Assembly (NCBI RefSeq): GCF_013122565.1
Contig: NZ_CP053258.1
Strand: one strand, 5' to 3'
Length of the DNA stretch: 64,000 nt
From: Escherichia coli
Lineage (GTDB): Bacteria > Pseudomonadota > Gammaproteobacteria > Enterobacterales > Enterobacteriaceae
In this document: positions 59,004 through 64,000 of the stretch, piece after piece
Layout: every line of letters begins with the position of its first letter
Numbering within the stretch: position 1 is the first letter of the stretch
Program-made: the position numbers and the translations under genes
Notes under the pieces: model-generated
What the model saw: only the letters and a program-made list of their open reading frames with translations
What the model was told of the DNA's origin: nothing
Database searches by the model: none

Positions 59004-60158
59004 TCATGCCTCTTTGACCCACAGCTGCGGAAAACGTGCTGGTGCAAAACGCAGGGTTATGATCATCAGCCCAACGACGCACAGCGCATGAAATACCCAG
59101 TCCATCAGGTAATTGCCGCTGATACTACGCAGCACGCCAGAAAACCACGGGGCAAGCCCGGCGATGATAAAACCGATCCCCTGCATAAACGCCACCAGCT
59201 TGCCAGCAATAGCAGGTTGCACAGAGTGATCGAGCGCCAGCAGCAAACAGAGCGGAAATGCGCCGCCCAGACCTAACCCACACACCATCACCCACAATAC
59301 CGGCAATTGCAGCGGCAACCAGATAAAGCCGCAGAACCCCACCAGTTGTAACACCAGCGCCAGCATTAACAGTTTGCGCCGATCCTGATGGCGAGCCATA
59401 GCAGGCATCAGCAAAGCTCCTGCGGCTTGCCCAAGCGTCATCAATGCCAGCAAGGAACCGCTGTACTGCGCGCTGGCACCAATCTCAATATAGAAAGCGG
59501 GTAACCAGGCAATCAGGCTGGCGTAACCGCCGTTAATCAGACCGAAGTAAAGGCCCAGCGTCCACGCGCGGGGAGTGAATACCACGCGAACCGGAGTGGT
59601 TGTGGTCTTGTGAGAAGAGGCGACCTCGCGGGCGCTTTGCCACCACCAGGCAAAGAGCGCAACAACGGCAGGCTGCGCCCACCAGGCGAGTGTTTGATAC
59701 CAGGTTTCGCTATGTTGAACTAACCAGGGCGTCAGGGCGGCACCAAGTCCACCGCCGCCCATCAGAGCCGCGGACCACAGCCCCATCACCAGTGGCGTGC
59801 GCTGCTGAAACCGCCGTTTAATCACCGAAGGCATCACCGCCTGAATGATGCCGATCCCCACCCCACCAAGCAGTGCGCTGCTAAGCAGCAGCGCACTTTG
59901 GGGGTAAAGCTCACGCATCAATGCACCGACGGCAATCAGTAACAAACTGATGGCGACGCTGCGACGTTCGCTGACATGCTGATGAAGCCAGCTTCCGGCC
60001 AGCGCCAGCCCGCCCATGGTAACCACCGGCAGAGCGGTCAACAGGGCAGCCACGCTAAAGCTCATTCCGCTTGCCTGGCGCAATTGCGGTAGCAGTGGCC
60101 CGACGGAGGTGAGCAGTGGTCGCATATTAAGACCAATCAGCACCAGAACCAGCAGCAT
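59004..60158 (-). CDS. cynX: Cyanate MFS transporter CynX (384 aa)
   Basis: ORF track 59004-60185. Internal Met gives MLLVLVLIGLNMRPLLTSVGPLL...; follows cynS. Confidence 0.85.
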   Translation of the reverse strand: MLLVLVLIGLNMRPLLTSVGPLLPQLRQASGMSFSVAALLTALPVVTMGGLALAGSWLHQHVSERRSVAISLLLIAVGALMRELYPQSALLLSSALLGGVGIGIIQAVMPSVIKRRFQQRTPLVMGLWSAALMGGGGLGAALTPWLVQHSETWYQTLAWWAQPAVVALFAWWWQSAREVASSHKTTTTPVRVVFTPRAWTLGLYFGLINGGYASLIAWLPAFYIEIGASAQYSGSLLALMTLGQAAGALLMPAMARHQDRRKLLMLALVLQLVGFCGFIWLPLQLPVLWVMVCGLGLGGAFPLCLLLALDHSVQPAIAGKLVAFMQGIGFIIAGLAPWFSGVLRSISGNYLMDWVFHALCVVGLMIITLRFAPARFPQLWVKEA

Positions 60159-60190
60159 CGTGAACGTCTTTTGATGGTTACGCATGGCTG

Positions 60191-60679
<489 letters not shown>

Positions 60680-60691
60680 TTAAAAATAAGG

Positions 60692-61351
60692 TTACGCTGC
60701 GGTTGGCTGGCGTAGCGGTATGGCACAAACGCGAGGATTAGCGGCCAGTGGCACAAACTGGCGGGTTGCGCCGTCAAACGCTGCGATGCTGCCGCTTTCA
60801 ATGTCGTAGACCCAGCCGTGCAGGGCGATCCGCCCCTCTTCGAGCGCCAGGCGCACCGATGGATGAGTTTGCAAATTAGCCAACTGAGCAATGACGTTTT
60901 CACGTACCATCGCCGCAGCTTTTGACGGTAAATCGGAATGCGGGCGCGCCTCATTAACGACGCGGGCTGAATCGGCATAACGCAGCCAGTGGGAGACGGC
61001 AGGCATATGGTCCATGCACTGACAGTTGGCAATGGCGGTCATCGCGCCACAGTTGGAATGACCGCAAATCACAATGTCAGATACCCGAAGCGCAGCGACG
61101 GCATACTCCACCGAAGCAGAAACGCCACCGGGTTCCGGCCCGTAGGAAGGGACAATATTACCTGCGTTGCGAATAACGAACAGATCGCCAGGCTCACGTT
61201 GCGTCACCAGCTCAGGGACCAGACGGCTGTCGGAGCAGGAGATAAAAAGGGTGCGCGGGCTTTGCTGTGTCGCCAGCTGTTTAAATAAGGCTTCCCGCTT
61301 CGGAAATGCCTCGCGCTGGAATTTAAGGAATCCATCAATAATCTCTTTCAC
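60692..61351 (-). CDS. cynT: Beta-class carbonic anhydrase CynT, 219 aa
   Basis: Beta-CA zinc motifs (CSDSR, HSNCG). Confidence 0.95.
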   Translation of the reverse strand: MKEIIDGFLKFQREAFPKREALFKQLATQQSPRTLFISCSDSRLVPELVTQREPGDLFVIRNAGNIVPSYGPEPGGVSASVEYAVAALRVSDIVICGHSNCGAMTAIANCQCMDHMPAVSHWLRYADSARVVNEARPHSDLPSKAAAMVRENVIAQLANLQTHPSVRLALEEGRIALHGWVYDIESGSIAAFDGATRQFVPLAANPRVCAIPLRQPTAA

Positions 61352-61460
61352 CGTTAACCTCTGTCTGTCTCTGGAATGAGAGGCAGACTACTCGCCGATT
61401 GTCATAAGGTAAAAGTCTCATTTATGATGAGTTCTATTGGATTTACTTATAGGTTGGCGA

Positions 61461-62360
61461 ATGCTCTCTCGACATATCAATTATTTTCTTGCCGTGGCTG
61501 AACATGGCAGCTTCACCCGTGCCGCCAGTGCGTTGCACGTCTCTCAGCCTGCGCTTTCCCAGCAGATTCGCCAGTTAGAGGAGAGTTTAGGCGTGCCGCT
61601 GTTTGACCGTAGCGGGCGAACAATTCGTCTCACTGATGCAGGAGAAGTCTGGCGACAGTACGCCAGCCGGGCGTTACAGGAACTGGGAGCGGGTAAACGG
61701 GCGATTCATGATGTTGCCGATCTGACGAGAGGATCGCTGCGTATCGCCGTCACCCCCACCTTTACGAGCTACTTTATCGGCCCCTTAATGGCGGATTTCT
61801 ATGCGCGCTATCCCGGCATCACGCTCCAGCTACAGGAAATGTCGCAGGAGAAAATCGAGGATATGCTTTGCCGCGACGAGTTGGACGTTGGGATTGCCTT
61901 CGCGCCTGTGCATTCGCCGGAGCTGGAGGCAATTCCTTTACTGACAGAAAGTTTAGCGTTAGTCGTGGCGCAACATCATCCGCTGGCAGTCCATGAACAG
62001 GTGGCGTTGAGTCGCTTGCATGATGAAAAACTGGTACTGCTCAGCGCGGAATTTGCCACCAGAGAGCAAATTGACCACTACTGCGAGAAAGCGGGGCTGC
62101 ATCCACAGGTGGTCATTGAGGCGAACTCAATTAGCGCGGTTCTGGAGCTGATTCGCCGCACTTCCCTTTCCACATTGTTGCCAGCAGCGATTGCCACACA
62201 ACATGACGGGCTTAAAGCTATATCCCTTGCCCCACCGTTACTGGAGAGAACGGCGGTTTTGTTGCGGCGGAAAAATAGCTGGCAGACAGCCGCCGCGAAG
62301 GCATTTTTACACATGGCGTTGGAAGAATGTGCGGATGTTGGCGGGCATGAATCACGGTAG
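61461..62360 (+). CDS. cynR: LysR-family regulator CynR (299 aa)
   Basis: ORF track 61437-62360. Internal Met gives [40 protein letters not shown] (LysR HTH); divergent from cynT. Confidence 0.9.
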   Translation: MLSRHINYFLAVAEHGSFTRAASALHVSQPALSQQIRQLEESLGVPLFDRSGRTIRLTDAGEVWRQYASRALQELGAGKRAIHDVADLTRGSLRIAVTPTFTSYFIGPLMADFYARYPGITLQLQEMSQEKIEDMLCRDELDVGIAFAPVHSPELEAIPLLTESLALVVAQHHPLAVHEQVALSRLHDEKLVLLSAEFATREQIDHYCEKAGLHPQVVIEANSISAVLELIRRTSLSTLLPAAIATQHDGLKAISLAPPLLERTAVLLRRKNSWQTAAAKAFLHMALEECADVGGHESR

Positions 62361-62399
62361 CCACTGACACAGGTCAGTGGCTCTTCAACGCAGAGGAAA

Positions 62400-63683
62400 T
62401 TACCGTTTGTAATCGATGGCTTCTGGCTGCTCCAGATATACGGTGGTTTGTGCCGGTTGTGTACTGGCAATCACCTTGCCGCCCCGTACCGAATAACGTA
62501 CCGGAACCTGACGGCGCAGCGCATCAAATCCATTTTCAGCCGGCAGGATAATCAGGTTGGCGCTGTTTCCGGCGGCAATGCCGTAATCCTGCAAATTCAA
62601 CGTCCTGGCGCTGTGGTGGGTGATTAAATTCAGGCCATCGTTAATCTGCCCGTAGCCCATCAGCTGGCAAACATGCAGCCCCATATGGAGTACTTGCAGC
62701 ATATTCGCCGTTCCCAGCGGATACCACGGATCGAAGACATCATCGTGACCAAAGCAGACGTTAATGCCGGACTCCAGCATCTCTTTAACGCGCGTGATGC
62801 CGCGACGTTTTGGATAGGTATCGAAACGTCCTTGCAGATGGATATTGACCAGCGGGTTGGCGACAAAGTTAATACCGGACATTTTCAGCAAGCGGAACAG
62901 GCGTGAGGTATACGCCCCGTTATAGGAGTGCATTGCCGTGGTGTGGCTGGCGGTAACTCGCGCGCCCATGCCTTCACGGTGCGCCAGGGCAGCAACGGTT
63001 TCGACAAAGCGCGACTGTTCGTCATCGATCTCATCACAGTGAACGTCGATGAGACGGTCGTATTTTTGCGCCAGGGCGAAGGTTTTATGCAGCGACTCCA
63101 CGCCGTATTCGCGGGTAAATTCAAAATGCGGAATCGCCCCCACTACATCTGCCCCTAAGCGTAGCGCCTCTTCCAGCAACGCTTCACCGTTGGGATACGA
63201 CAAAATCCCTTCCTGCGGGAAGGCAACGATTTGCAGATCAATCCACGGCGCGACTTCCTGCTTCACTTCCAGCATTGCTTTTAGCGCAGTCAGCGTTGCA
63301 TCCGAAACATCGACATGGGTACGCACATGCTGAATACCGTTGGCAATCTGCCATTTCAGCGTTTGCCAGGCGCGTTGTTTCACATCGTCATGGGTTAATA
63401 ACGCTTTGCGCTCGGCCCAGCGTTCAATGCCTTCAAACAGCGTGCCGGACTGATTCCAGTTCGGTTGTCCGGCGGTTTGCGTGGTGTCCAGGTGAATATG
63501 TGGCTCCACAAACGGCGGTATAACTAAACCTTGTTCGGCATCCAGGCTGTTTTCAGTTATGGCCATCACGCCGGATTGCGCATCAATGGCGCTGATTTTT
63601 CCGTCGTGAAGATGAATCTGCCACAGCCCCTCTTTGCCAGGTAAACGGGCGTTACTAATTGTTTGTAAAGCGTTATTCGACAC
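62400..63683 (-). CDS. codA: Cytosine deaminase CodA (427 aa, GTG start)
   Basis: Amidohydrolase metal motifs (HIHLD, HVDV, GHDD). Start taken at GTG 63683 giving (M)SNNALQTI...; the track ORF begins 5 codons upstream at an ATG. Confidence 0.9.
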   Translation of the reverse strand: MSNNALQTISNARLPGKEGLWQIHLHDGKISAIDAQSGVMAITENSLDAEQGLVIPPFVEPHIHLDTTQTAGQPNWNQSGTLFEGIERWAERKALLTHDDVKQRAWQTLKWQIANGIQHVRTHVDVSDATLTALKAMLEVKQEVAPWIDLQIVAFPQEGILSYPNGEALLEEALRLGADVVGAIPHFEFTREYGVESLHKTFALAQKYDRLIDVHCDEIDDEQSRFVETVAALAHREGMGARVTASHTTAMHSYNGAYTSRLFRLLKMSGINFVANPLVNIHLQGRFDTYPKRRGITRVKEMLESGINVCFGHDDVFDPWYPLGTANMLQVLHMGLHVCQLMGYGQINDGLNLITHHSARTLNLQDYGIAAGNSANLIILPAENGFDALRRQVPVRYSVRGGKVIASTQPAQTTVYLEQPEAIDYKR

Positions 63684-64000
63684 TGTTAGCCTCCACATGC
63701 GTCATTGCTGCTGTCGTTTTACGATTCAAAATCGGGTTAATGATCAGATAGCTCAGCGCGCCACCTAATACCGCGTTGACCGGAACAATTCCCGGTAACC
63801 AGTGGCCTGCGGCAATCCCCAGCGCGACCGCCAGAATCGCCACCCAATTGACACTCATCATACGCGTGGTCGCAAAGTGCTCATAGCGGCGACGGTTCAT
63901 CAGATAGTCGGCGATGATTACGCCCCCTACCGGAGGAATAGCTGCCGAAAGGAAGGTCAGCCAGCCGACAAAATTGTTATACAGCCATAATGCGCAGACC
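63673..64000 (-). CDS. codB: Cytosine permease CodB, C-terminal part (gene continues beyond the window end)
   Basis: Frame ending ...[17 protein letters not shown], stop at 63673-63675, overlapping the codA start by 11 nt. Hydrophobic NCS1-type segments. Confidence 0.75.
   Translation of the reverse strand, partial: VCALWLYNNFVGWLTFLSAAIPPVGGVIIADYLMNRRRYEHFATTRMMSVNWVAILAVALGIAAGHWLPGIVPVNAVLGGALSYLIINPILNRKTTAAMTHVEANSVE

Overview
This 64-kb window is an enterobacterial (Escherichia-type) chromosomal segment, read from sequence and ORF translations only (no database search was run). Gene content and order match, in reverse orientation, the E. coli K-12 region mak-rdgC-ppnP-aroM-yaiA-aroL-yaiI-proC-dgcC-psiF-phoA-iraP-ddlA-yaiZ/yaiY-yaiW-sbmA-ampH-yaiV-yaiT-hemB-tauDCBA ... 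frmRAB-yaiL-mhpT-mhpEFDCBA-mhpR ... cynXST-cynR-codA-codB, as I recall that map. Four loci differ from my memory of K-12. (1) Where K-12 carries lacI-lacZYA (between mhpR and cynX), there is instead a ~12.4-kb block of 10 genes (46.6-59.0 kb) and no lac genes anywhere in the window. The block encodes an MBL-fold hydrolase, a GlxA-type AraC regulator, an acyl-CoA synthetase, a YdiF-like CoA-transferase, an SDR, a thiolase, two MFS transporters, an SMP-30-type lactonase and a CdaR-type regulator. This is the best candidate for an undescribed catabolic system. (2) Between tauA and frmR there is a UhpABC-like sensor module translationally coupled to an AfuABC-like ABC transporter (26.8-34.6 kb), in place of the yaiS/yaiP/yaiO genes K-12 has there. 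(3) Between rdgC and ppnP there is an AT-rich two-gene module encoding a 762-aa secreted protein and a 151-aa protein of unknown function (1.47-4.21 kb). (4) yaiT is an intact 987-aa autotransporter. There are no IS elements, tRNA/rRNA genes, CRISPR arrays or prophage genes. Several REP-type palindromic repeats and recognisable operators (Pho box, TyrR boxes, FrmR and MhpR palindromes) are visible.
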